A DNA stretch of 64,000 nucleotides from Nemertoderma westbladi (GCA_032718475.1 JAUCBJ010007752.1:26544-90543); one strand, 5' to 3'; positions 1 through 10,239 are shown, counted from the stretch's first letter. Numbers and translations: made by a program. The notes: generated by a model from the letters alone, not told the origin.

Positions 1-998
1 AAGCCTGTTGCGAACTCAGCTTGATAAGATAGAATATGCTCCTGTGTTGCCTTTTTCCAATCAAAACGGAGGAGATTTCTGGTTTTTACCTCTGTGCTCC
101 GATGATCCGTCAATAGTTCTGTGACACATGGAACGCCAACATTAATCATAACTGGGACATGGTCAGAGAAGTTATTCACCTCATCCTTATCAAAAACTTG
201 TCCACTTCGAATTAAGTTAACACAAGCTTTAGGTATAATCACATGATCAATACAAGATGAACCTCTAGAGCCATAAAAAGTGTCCATCGGTCCACTAAAT
301 TTCAAAGTTTTATCAACTGCCATGAGATCAAGATCTGATAGGAAGTCATGTAAAATACGCCCTTGACGTGAAGGTTGCTTGTAATTATGGCGCACACCAT
401 GCAAGTAACCAAAATCCGCATTTCCATCACACAGAATAATTGGAGTTGCATCAGAGTTACCAATTAGTAGATCTTTAAGGCGACCTAATGTTTCCAGATA
501 CTTCTCAGTTCCTTTGCTGCTGTCTGGGGCATAGACAGATAAAATTGAAAAAACTGTACTACTGTCCTTTAATACAGCCTTAATGCCAATAATGTTATCT
601 CCAGATTTTATTTCTGTATAATCCGAGAAGAGTGATTTGCGAAAGATCAATGCAACTCCCCCAATCCCCCTCCCAACCCGAACATACTCTCCCTTTTCCA
701 TGGAATCACTAATTGTATAATAACTCTGGAATTCAGATGTAAGTGATTCCTGAAAGTGCGCAAATTCAATCTTATCCATCCAATGCTCCTGTATACCAAG
801 TATGTCACAATGTTTGAGTAACTCATTCACATAATCACTGTTCCCAGTTAGTCCCCGACAATTGTATGTAGTACAAGAAAAATTTATGTACATGTTTGTT
901 AGTGTGGAATTATTTAGTAACCTATTATTTGTATCCAAACTTGTCTGCACCCTATATGAATCACCAGTGTTAGGAATACTGACGTTGACCATGTCCAT
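1..998 (-). CDS. LINE ORF2, N-terminal APE endonuclease domain (partial; not in the ORF track)
   Basis: Manual translation: TYNCRG, GIQEHW, GRGIGGVA, SVYAP, DGNADF, SCIDHV, SDHVPV. In-frame ATGs at 998, 992 and 893; overlaps the ORF1 end (970). Confidence 0.9.
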   Translation of the reverse strand, partial: MDMVNVSIPNTGDSYRVQTSLDTNNRLLNNSTLTNMYINFSCTTYNCRGLTGNSDYVNELLKHCDILGIQEHWMDKIEFAHFQESLTSEFQSYYTISDSMEKGEYVRVGRGIGGVALIFRKSLFSDYTEIKSGDNIIGIKAVLKDSSTVFSILSVYAPDSSKGTEKYLETLGRLKDLLIGNSDATPIILCDGNADFGYLHGVRHNYKQPSRQGRILHDFLSDLDLMAVDKTLKFSGPMDTFYGSRGSSCIDHVIIPKACVNLIRSGQVFDKDEVNNFSDHVPVMINVGVPCVTELLTDHRSTEVKTRNLLRFDWKKATQEHILSYQAEFATG

Positions 999-3900
999 AA
1001 CGCCCCTGACTCATTAGATCGTCATAAGTGTGGTATGGTTTCCACCCACTCATTACAGTACCATGTGGCCAATTAGAGTGATTTAATATTTGTTTTTTAT
1101 ATTGACTTCTGACGACTATGATCATGTTCTTCACTTCTTGGAATTTCCGAGTTGAAAAACACTCCACTGGAATTCCAACGTTATTAATATAATCTAATAT
1201 ATCAATTTCATCAACATGTTGATTAATTCCTATGAGTTCTACAGAGCCCAAGCTGGAGCCATTGCAACCAATGGCATCCCTAAATGTATTGCCTCGGCTG
1301 GTAGGATGATTACTATTGTTGCATTTCATATAAGAGTTAGACTGTCCATACTTCTTAGGCCTATTGAAAATATTCTTTGCACCATTGTACACGGTTGTAG
1401 AGTCTAACCTAAAATCATTGCTCTTCATATTACATGGTCTGCCATGTTGGACCTTTAGATTATGACACATCATTCCAGATTCAGAATCCTTTACAGAGAG
1501 TTTACCCATCTGAACATAACTATCCTTACTACCTAACATTTGTTGGTATTTGTCTTCCAGATTGGCAGCTAGTGATGCCTCTGCATAGTCCGCTGGTATA
1601 CACTGCCAGTATGGGACACTTAGATTGGCCACTAAAGATTCCTCAGCAAAATCTGCAGGCATATGTTGATATTGATCATTTTGACTGGCAACAGATCCCT
1701 TAACATAGTCAGGCATTCTTTGTTTATATGAGTTACATTGATTGGCAACTAGTGATGCCTCTGCATAGTCTGATGGTGGACTTACTTCAATGTTACTGTG
1801 AGACTGAGACAAACAATCAAAACGATTACTTAGTGGCAAATCCGTCTTATATCTGATTTGGCCTACCTTTCCATTTACCTGCCTATATCCAATCCCAATC
1901 AATTTTTGTCCATCTTCCGTGAGTTTTTCAGCTCGAAGATTGTAATCCTTATTAATTGCAGGATGATGAGACTGATGTAAGTGAGAATTACTGCCAATAC
2001 CATCAATTGCAGCTTGTATCAAAAGTCGCTGATGACGCTCATGGGCAATGTCCTCATGTAGTGTTTGATTTTCATGATTTAATTTATCACAATAGTTCTC
2101 TAGGCAACATATCTTTGATTGCATTTGACTAATACTTAATATTAAGTCTTGGTGCATCTTTACAATCTCATCACTAGATGTGGCTGGAATATTCTGAAGG
2201 ACTGACTCATCCGACCTCAAACGTTTTCTACAGGCTTCAGTTAATTTTCCTTGGGCTACGGCACGCATCAGTTCGTAGATATCATTTGTGATCTCACTCA
2301 ATGCACTTCGTTGTCTGAGTTGGAGAGTTGCTGATTGTATTGATGACATTTGTCCCTGTAGTTGCTTAAATAAATGCAAACGAAGTTCATACCGTTGTGT
2401 GGATTTAAGATCAGTTATAAGCCCATTTATCTCCTTTCTGGGACGTTGAATGAATTTGTGAATCTCTTCAAAGTTCATGGACTCATGAAAAGATTTGTAT
2501 GCAACAGTTTGAGGTGGTGGGCATGGTGCAAAATCTATAGCATCAACATTGAGACTAGATGCATTTAAGCTATTCATTTCTAATTTATTGAAAGTTAAAG
2601 CATTTAAAATCCAATCCCGTAGCAGCTTACTATGCATCATTTTTGGAACAAAAAGGTCTGGTGTATCGAACGCAAAAGTATAGGCATATGCACAAACATA
2701 CAGGCCACAATCATAGCTATTTTTCTGCATTGGCAGAAACGGCCTTGATTTGATAGTGGTCCACCTGTCGATATATTTACTTTTCCGTGACTTATCCTTA
2801 GGTGTATTATTGTCTATAAAATTAAGAACATAGCATATCTCCTTAGTTATCTTACTGGGGTTTGTGTGCCCTAAAGAACACAAACGGGAGACTTCCTTAT
2901 CCTTCAAGTTTGCTATATGAATTACCCAGTGATTGTTGGAACATTCTGGAATAAGGAGTATCTCGCAGGCCGGATTAAGATACTGCTCAGCAATAAATTT
3001 GACAGCACCATCAATCTTGTAAGGGGCTGATAACTTTACTGCAAAGCCTGTATTAACCACCCCCACCCTGCTGGCAGAGGTACTACCAATTAAGTCCAAA
3101 AAGTGGTCAACCACACAGGTTTCAATGCAATGCTCTGCTTTTAAAGATTCAAAGTTTGTATAATCCTTAGGCCAGCGTGTGCTAAACATAGCTTTTTCAG
3201 TGGAAAGATATTCGATTGCAGTGCTCTTTGGTGATTTTTGGTCAACTAAAATTGAGTCAACTTTTATAGGAGATAAAATTTCAACTTCTGCTTGAGAAAG
3301 ATCTGTAGATTTCATCCTACAGTCCAATACTTGTACATCGGATTGAATGTCTGTATATACATTGGCTAATATCCCTGGAGAAACCACTTTTGGTGGTAGA
3401 TAAATTAAGTCAGTAGACTGTTCCAGCCATGTGTCCATATAGGATTGTTTTAGAGGCCGGGGAGTTATGGGCTGTTCTAAAGGTAAAACAACAGTTGGGG
3501 AGAAATTAATTCCCACCTCAGACTTAAGATAGGTAGGGGATATGTAACTAAAATCTTTAGATTTGTCCGGGTACTTGCCCCTCACTACAAACTTATTATC
3601 TACCAGATCTTCAACCAAAACAGAACCTACACTAGAGGCTGGTGGAAATCTGGAGTAGGAGGTTGTGCTAAATTCTCCCACTGGATTTGTTTGGAACACA
3701 GGGCTAAAGATTGGACCCTTTGGGACCTCAGGAGAGGGTATAGCAACCTCTCGGACCTTGGTAAGGTTAGGATCCTGATATATAGTGACCCCAGGATAGC
3801 AGTTTGTAACCATTGGGATTATAGATGCAGAGATCGAGTCTGTTAGGAGCTCGGGGGTAGAGTCCAGATACATTGAGCCGTTTGGAGCAGAGTTTGGATC

Positions 3901-5121
3901 CGTTGGGACCGTGATAGTGGAGTCCAGTACCTTCCAGACCTCAGTGGGTGGGTTCGAATCCATTGGGACTGCAGTGGCTAAGTCCGAAACCTTTGTGACC
4001 CTAGTGGCGAAGATCGCACTCGCAGGAACACCTGTGTCGGAGTTCGCACTCGCAGGAACCCCTGTGGCAGAGTTTGGGACCTTTGTTACACTGGTGGCGG
4101 AGTTCACATCCGTTAGAAATCCTGTGGCGGAGTTCGCACTCGCAGAAACCCCTATGATAGCAGAGTTCGCACTCGCAGGAACCCCTATGATGGCGGAGTA
4201 CACACTCGCAGGAACCCCTGTGGCAGAGTTCGTACTCACAGTAACCCTTGTGGCGAAGTTCGCACTCGCAGGAACCCCTGTGGCGGAGTTTGGAGCCTTT
4301 GACGCACCGGTGGCGGAGTTAACATCCGTTGGAAATCTTGTGGCGGAGTTCGCACTCGCAAGAACCCCTATGGCGGAGTTCGCAATCGCACGAACCCCTG
4401 TGGTGGATTTCGCACTCGCAGGAACCCCTAAGGCGGAGTTCGGATCCTTTGTCACACTGGTGGCAGAATTCGCATCTGTTGGAAATCCTGTGGCAGAGTT
4501 CGCACTCGCAGGAACCCCTATGGCGGAGTTCGCACTCGCAGGAAACCATGTGTCGGAGTTCGCACTCACAGGAACCCCTAAGACGGAGTTCGGATCCTTT
4601 GTCGCACTGGTGGCAGAGTTCGCCTCCGTTGTAAATCCTGTGGCGGAGTTCGCACTCGCAGGAACCCCTGTGACGGAGATCGCACTCGCAAGAACCCCTG
4701 TGGCAGAGTTCATACCCGCAGTAACCCCTGTGTCGGAGTTCGGATCCTTTGTCACACTGGTGGCGGAGTTCGCATCCGTTGGAAATCCTGTGGAGGAGTT
4801 CGCACTCGCAGGAACCCCTGTTGCGGTGCTCGCACTCGCAGGAACTCCTATGGCGGAGTTCAGATCCTTCAGGTACCCAGTTGGTGAGTTCGCATCTATT
4901 TGGACTCCATGTACGGAGTTCAAAACCTTAGAGACCTCAGCGGGGAATATCGGAACATCGCTGTTTGTAGACCTACCGGTATCAGTTAAAGGCAGCTTGC
5001 CTTTGGTGAAGAGACGATCTGCACGAATAAGTAGTTGAGCCCGACTTCCTGACGACGAGACGCCATTTTTCTCCAGTAGTTGTTTGAGTCGTAAAGTACT
5101 AGCCTTCCGCAACTTATCCAT
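970..5121 (-). CDS. LINE ORF1: SAP-like N-terminus, 10-aa repeats, Ulp1/C48-like cysteine protease, coiled coil, RRM-like C-terminus
   Basis: LRLKQLLEKNGVSSSGSRAQLLIRA (SAP-like); ANSATGVPAS repeats; NNHWVIHI and QKNSYDCGLYV (C48 His/Gln/Cys motifs); heptad region LENYCDKLNHENQTLHEDI. Confidence 0.8.
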   Translation of the reverse strand: MDKLRKASTLRLKQLLEKNGVSSSGSRAQLLIRADRLFTKGKLPLTDTGRSTNSDVPIFPAEVSKVLNSVHGVQIDANSPTGYLKDLNSAIGVPASASTATGVPASANSSTGFPTDANSATSVTKDPNSDTGVTAGMNSATGVLASAISVTGVPASANSATGFTTEANSATSATKDPNSVLGVPVSANSDTWFPASANSAIGVPASANSATGFPTDANSATSVTKDPNSALGVPASAKSTTGVRAIANSAIGVLASANSATRFPTDVNSATGASKAPNSATGVPASANFATRVTVSTNSATGVPASVYSAIIGVPASANSAIIGVSASANSATGFLTDVNSATSVTKVPNSATGVPASANSDTGVPASAIFATRVTKVSDLATAVPMDSNPPTEVWKVLDSTITVPTDPNSAPNGSMYLDSTPELLTDSISASIIPMVTNCYPGVTIYQDPNLTKVREVAIPSPEVPKGPIFSPVFQTNPVGEFSTTSYSRFPPASSVGSVLVEDLVDNKFVVRGKYPDKSKDFSYISPTYLKSEVGINFSPTVVLPLEQPITPRPLKQSYMDTWLEQSTDLIYLPPKVVSPGILANVYTDIQSDVQVLDCRMKSTDLSQAEVEILSPIKVDSILVDQKSPKSTAIEYLSTEKAMFSTRWPKDYTNFESLKAEHCIETCVVDHFLDLIGSTSASRVGVVNTGFAVKLSAPYKIDGAVKFIAEQYLNPACEILLIPECSNNHWVIHIANLKDKEVSRLCSLGHTNPSKITKEICYVLNFIDNNTPKDKSRKSKYIDRWTTIKSRPFLPMQKNSYDCGLYVCAYAYTFAFDTPDLFVPKMMHSKLLRDWILNALTFNKLEMNSLNASSLNVDAIDFAPCPPPQTVAYKSFHESMNFEEIHKFIQRPRKEINGLITDLKSTQRYELRLHLFKQLQGQMSSIQSATLQLRQRSALSEITNDIYELMRAVAQGKLTEACRKRLRSDESVLQNIPATSSDEIVKMHQDLILSISQMQSKICCLENYCDKLNHENQTLHEDIAHERHQRLLIQAAIDGIGSNSHLHQSHHPAINKDYNLRAEKLTEDGQKLIGIGYRQVNGKVGQIRYKTDLPLSNRFDCLSQSHSNIEVSPPSDYAEASLVANQCNSYKQRMPDYVKGSVASQNDQYQHMPADFAEESLVANLSVPYWQCIPADYAEASLAANLEDKYQQMLGSKDSYVQMGKLSVKDSESGMMCHNLKVQHGRPCNMKSNDFRLDSTTVYNGAKNIFNRPKKYGQSNSYMKCNNSNHPTSRGNTFRDAIGCNGSSLGSVELIGINQHVDEIDILDYINNVGIPVECFSTRKFQEVKNMIIVVRSQYKKQILNHSNWPHGTVMSGWKPYHTYDDLMSQGRYGHGQRQYS
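4000..4900 (-). repeat. 30-bp coding minisatellite within ORF1
   Basis: Recurrent GGCGGAGTTCGCACTCGCAGGAACCCCTGT units on the + strand, about 30 degenerate copies. Confidence 0.95.
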
Positions 5122-5255
5122 GGAGAGATTGTCTGAGATAGTTATTTATATATCCAAATTCTCCACAATAAATTGTCTAATTAATCAAAAATCAATCAAT
5201 TTATAATAAATAAAAATATAAAGAAATACCCAGTACCGTACAGCAGTACAGCAGT

Positions 5256-5448
5256 CTTTATTATTAAAGTCGCGACTTTATTATTTTAGTCGCGACTTTA
5301 TTATTTTAGTCGCAACTCTATTATTAAAGTCGCGACTTTATTATTTTAGTCGCGACTTTATTATTAAAGTTGCTACTTTATTATTAAAGTCGCGACTTTA
5401 TTATTAAAGTCGCGCCTTTATTATTAAAGTCGCGACTTTATTATTTTA
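5256..5448 (+). repeat. 20-bp satellite array (TTTATTATTAAAGTCGCGAC)
   Basis: Direct tandem copies; the consensus unit contains the palindrome TAAAGTCGCGACTTTA. Confidence 0.97.
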
Positions 5449-5659
5449 ACTTTATAATTTGTAACCAAGTAACATAAATGACCCCCTTGGAAATAAGCTG
5501 CAAAGCTTTAGGGGTAATCCTATATGTTATGTTGGACAATACCTTTATACCGGTACATTGTTTGGTGTATTTGTTATTGTTTTTACATAATGTATAAATA
5601 AATTGTAGTTGTTGTTGTAATTGTTGTACTTTGACAATCTTGAGGAAGTTCTTAGAATT

Positions 5660-6260
5660 ATGAATTATTCTAAAGGTGCCATATCAGTAATGTTTACAGG
5701 AACTGGTGATGGACAATTGTTGCCAATGTATGTTGTGTATAAGAGTATTGGTCTCTGGTCTACATTGTGCGAGCATGGGCCCCCTGGGTGATTTGATACC
5801 AGGGCATTTGAGGACTGGTTTAAAGGGAGCGTAGTGCCATGGGCTAGTAGATTGGAAGGTCAAAAAGTTGTAATAGGGGACAACCTCAGCAGCCATCTAA
5901 GACTAGAGGTTCTTCGCCTGTGCAGTGAAAATAATATTCTCTTCACATTTATGCTGAAGTACACAACACACAAAACCAAACAATTAGATGTTGCGTTATT
6001 TGCTCCTCTTTAGAAGTCTTGGCAATGAATCATCACAACTTACAAGTGTAAACATCCCCATGCTACCACTATTGACAAAGATCTATTCCTAACCTTTCTC
6101 TGTCAGCTATTGAGAGCTTGTGGTATAGCTCCACTGGAATGCACCAAGGTGTTGTCAAATTGGAAACTGCCATGAAAGCATAGGTGCCATAGGTGCAGTA
6201 TTTGTGTGAAGCAAGAGTGGCAGACACAAATTCCAAACCACGAAGGTATGGCATACATTT
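5660..6260 (+). pseudogene. pogo/Tigger-like DDE_1 transposase remnant (copy 1)
   Basis: Manual translation with stops: SVMFTGTGDGQLLPMYVVYK, FEDWF, KVVIGDNLSSH, TTHKTKQLDVALFAPL. Confidence 0.8.
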
Positions 6261-6320
6261 TGTATTTTTATTTGCTAATTATATTCGTCCCAAATTTCAT
6301 GCTATTTATTCACGAATATT

Positions 6321-6800
6321 GTCGCGACTTTATTATTTTAGTCGCGACTTTATTATTAAAGTCGCGACTTCATTATTAAAGTCGCGACTTTATTATTAAA
6401 GTCACGACTTTATTATTTTAGTCGCGACTTTATTATTTTAGTCACAACTCTATTATTAAAGTCGCGACTTTATTATTAAAGTCGCGACTTTATTATTTTA
6501 GTCGCGACTTTATTATTTTAGTCGCAACTCTATTATTAAAGTCGCGACTTTATTATTAAAGTCGCGACTTTATTATTTTAGTCGTGACTTTATTATTAAA
6601 GTCGCGACTTTATTATTTTAGTCGCGACTTTATTATTTTAGTCACAACTCTATTATTAACGTCGCGACATTATTATTAAAGTCGCGACTTTATTATTTTA
6701 GTCGCGACTTTATTATTTAAGTCGCAACTCTATTATTAAAGTCGCGACTTTATTATTTTAGTCGCGACTTTATTATTAAAGTTGCTACTTTATTATTTTA
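6321..6800 (+). repeat. 20-bp satellite array (about 24 copies)
   Basis: Same unit as 5256-5448. Confidence 0.97.
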
Positions 6801-7011
6801 ACTTCATAATTTGTAACCAAGTAACATAAATGACCCCCTTGGAAATAAGCTGCAAAGCTTTAGGGGTAATCCTATTTGTTATGTTGGACAATACCTTTAT
6901 ACCGGTACATTGTTTGGTGTATTTGTTATTGTTTTTACATAATGTATAAATAAATTGTAGTTGTTGTTGTAATTGTTGTACTTTGACAATCTTGAGGAAG
7001 TTCTTAGAATT

Positions 7012-7478
7012 ATGAATTATTCTAAAGGTGCCATATCAGTAATGTTTACAGGAACTGGTGATGGACAATTGTTGCCAATGTATGTTGTGTATAAGAGTAT
7101 TGGTCTCTGGTCTACATTGTGCGAGCATTGGCCTCCTGGGTGATTTGATACCAGGGCATTTGAGGACTGGTTTAAAGGGAGCGTAGTGCCATGGGCTAGT
7201 AGATTGGAAGGTCAAAAAGTTGTAATAGGGGACAACCTCAGCAGCCATCTAAGACTAGAGGTTCTTTGCCTGTGCAGTGAAAATAATATCCTCTTCACAT
7301 TTATGCTGAAGAACACGACACACAAAACCAAACAATTAGATGTTGCGTTATTTGCTCCTCTTTAGAAGTCTTGGCAATGAATCATCACAACTTACAAGTG
7401 TAAACATCCCCATGCTACCACTGTTGACAAAGATCTATTCCTAACCTTTCTCTGTCAGCTATTGAGAGCTTGTGGTAT
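7012..7478 (+). pseudogene. pogo-like transposase remnant (copy 2), split by the BEL insertion; resumes at 25929
   Basis: Near-identical to copy 1 at a 1352-bp offset. Sequence from 25929 continues exactly as copy 1 (GGTATAGCTCCACTGG). Confidence 0.85.
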
Positions 7479-7605
7479 TATAGAATTATATTCCCTAAAT
7501 GCCGTGGATTTTCAAAATTTATTTTTTATTCGAATTAACTTTGTAAAGATTGCTTTGAGTTCTCATTTGTATTGGTTCTATCATTTGTACATCTATCGGT
7601 CAAGT

Positions 7606-7692
7606 GGTTCAGTAGCTCAGTCGGTAGAGCGTTGGAAATTATATGTGTAGTAGGTATTGAGTTCGAATCCTAGTAAGTGCGAATTATTTTTT
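7606..7692 (+). ncRNA. tRNA-derived Pol III cassette in the 5' LTR (not a functional tRNA)
   Basis: A-box TAGCTCAGTCGG with a D-arm (GCTC/GAGC) at 7613, B-box GAGTTCGAATCC at 7659-7670, T6 at 7687-7692. No proper anticodon or acceptor stem. Confidence 0.65.
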
Positions 7693-7749
7693 GTGCAGAA
7701 TTTCAACTCATTTAAATTAACCGCTACAAATTAATTGCATTTGCCTGTA

Positions 7750-8031
7750 CCAATGAGACTGTAGTTATTTGATTGTAACCAATGTCGTGCAAGTTATATA
7801 TTAGCTGGACCAATAGCTATCTTTAAAACCTTGTTAGAATTTATAGAACAATCGAGAATTTTCTCGATTGATTGCGGCACAAATTTAGTATATAAAGGTG
7901 CGATTTCGTTCATTATTATTGCTTACACAAACTTCTTATACAATCTATTATATCAATATTCACATCTATTCTGTCGTGCTTAGTTTATTTCAGATTACAT
8001 TGTACATATTATTATAATCTTTTGTAATAAA
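7750..8031 (+). promoter_or_regulatory. Candidate LTR Pol II promoter and poly(A) signal
   Basis: CCAAT at 7750, 7779 and 7810; TATATAAA at 7889-7896; AATAAA near 8025. Confidence 0.55.
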
Positions 8032-9430
8032 AGTTAGAAATACTTGTCAATCTCAGCCCTTTTCTATCTGTTTTACCATGGATTCACTACGGTGAACAAA
8101 CTTAGGGACAGGATGGCCGGCTAGAGATCGGGCCGCAGCAATGAACGGGAACATCACGGGAATGTAGACGAGAGACAACCCGCAATACCATCTAGAGTTA
8201 TTCGCCCATCGCCTGAAAGGTTAGACAGCGTTCGATCCTTGCTACCTAAGTATAAGACCAAAAGATCAAAAAGGTAGACGTAGTGACACGCTGTAAGCCT
8301 AAAATTACATCATAGGGACTGTACTGTCTTGATTCAGGAAAAACCGCAGTAGACCTTCATATTCCTACGGGGGGGGGGGGGGGGGGGAGCGCAGGCAGAT
8401 ACTAGTACGCAGATAGGACGTAGGCACACCGGTACGAAGCATACAAATTGGTTAGGGTGCAGCAAACTGTACGCTTAACTCTTGCTAAGTACAGGTGCGT
8501 CTGTGACTATTTGCCGTACAACGGTGTCCATTACATCAGAACTTGTAGGCTAGGAGGGTTATTGTGTTTTCACCTGAATTAGGATTGTACCGTTCAGGCG
8601 GTAGGGCAGTTTACACTAGGCGCAAATAAATTGAGGCTATCAGGGATATACTAACATCTACCGTGTCCCCGCCAACGCCCTAATAGGAAGTTACCCGGAC
8701 TACCTGGGTGACTAAAATTCTAGATAGGAGCCAGGATAGCTATTAGTACCCGTACGCCTACAGTAGTAAACTAACACATCTCTTCTTAGTATCAGGGACC
8801 TGGTACCTAAAATTGCCGAATTCTGGGCGTAGTATTAACCTTATGCCTGAATTTGAGTCCTGGAAATACGCAAGAGGGGAAGGAACCTTATCATTCGTGA
8901 GTATTAGACCTACAAGTTATAAAATTAGAATATTCGTAAAATGCACACCGTACCCAGTAATTATATATGTGAAGGAGCAAAACTGCTTTTGACCGTTCAG
9001 AATTAACACACGCGCGTTAGAAATTATTTACACCTCAAAATATATAAAATTAACTTTCGTCCTTACTGCACTTTGCTCGCTAGTTAGACATCTCCAAATA
9101 TCTGCCTCTGTACCTAGCTAGCGTCCCTTTGCCCAACCATATAAATCACACCGCGGCAAAGTATACGAGCCCCTTAGTCCGTCAGTGAGTCAGCCTGATT
9201 TTAGGATTCGCTGCGCGGGATTTTGTTTTCTCGAAGTTTGTCTGCTCGTAGACTGTTTTCTGCCTCACCGGTCATAAGAGATCGATACTGCAATATATTC
9301 GCTTACTTAGAGTTTACTGTTTTGGTGAGAAGGTCGGATTTATGATTTGATTCACAAACTTTACAGTAAGATATTGCAGGTATTGTTACCGTCTCTTCCG
9401 ATAGTAGGAATAGGCGTATCTCTTCAATTA

Positions 9431-9441
9431 GTAGGAATATG
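9431..9441 (+). promoter_or_regulatory. Non-tRNA primer-binding site candidate GTAGGAATATG
   Basis: Abuts the 5' LTR end, lacks TGG, and is the exact reverse complement of 8358-8368. Confidence 0.6.
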
Positions 9442-10239
9442 TTTTACTGAACTACGGTTCGGTAGGACTAAAGTTATTTGAAAATTTTGTATTTTGAGGT
9501 AAAAATTTGTATTTGATTAGCTAAGTGCTAATTTTTGAAATAAAATTTGATTTGAACCGCGTGTAAAATATTTTGGAATTGAATACCGGTGTTTAAAAGG
9601 GTTTAAATACCATATTGTACCGGTACAAAATTTTCGTAAAAAGTAAAACCTAACTCTTTTGTTTTTTCAGGATTCAGAACTCATTTCTAGACTGTAACGG
9701 GAGCAAGACCGTGTTTAGCAAGTTTGGGAGATAGATAACTCAACAACTTTGGTTGGGAAAATCGCGTTTCGTCCGCAACGTTAAAAACGGAAAGGTTCAC
9801 GTCCGGTTTGTATCTGGGAATCTGTTTTTCTGGAGAATTATTGGAGTGGGTGAGTTCGAAAAGTTGCATAAATAAGTTAGGCATTACCGTATTAGTTAAA
9901 ATTATTGTGGGTTCCACTGTCTCAAGTATTTATGCATTCCGTATGATTTCTTTGTTCATTGCTGAATTAGTCCGTATTATTGTATTTAATTTACCTTTTG
10001 ATAACGCATATCGTTATCCAATTTATTTGTTATAAAATTGGCCGCTAGGCTAATTTTATTATATACTTATTCCGTGACATTTATTTGCTGTAAAATTGGC
10101 CGTTTTAGGCTAATTTTATCCATCTGCTATAAAATCGGCCGGTAGGCTAATTTTATAAGACTGTAATTAGTACCGTTTAGATAAAATACGGTAAGTTTGA
10201 TACTTTGACACTCACTTTACTTGACTTACAACTACCGAA

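Larger units (their letters stand above)
1..5255 (-). mobile_element. APE-type non-LTR retrotransposon (LINE), 5' portion; runs off the left edge
   Basis: Long ORF1 followed by an overlapping ORF with APE endonuclease motifs. Short AT-rich 5' UTR (5122-5255) abuts the 20-bp satellite. Confidence 0.85.
7479..9430 (+). repeat. 5' LTR (1952 bp), termini TATAG...AATTA
   Basis: Direct repeat of 23974-25928. Differences I spotted: two substitutions and 3 bp at the G-run. Confidence 0.96.

Noticed and set aside
3911-5038. 375-aa plus-strand ORF
   Set aside because: Antisense shadow of the 30-bp coding repeat in ORF1.
6321-6800. CRISPR-like palindromic repeat array
   Set aside because: Head-to-tail 20-mers with no unique spacers, no cas genes, and a eukaryotic context.
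7606-7680. Functional tRNA gene
   Set aside because: Only the D-arm and T-loop boxes fit; acceptor and anticodon stems do not pair.
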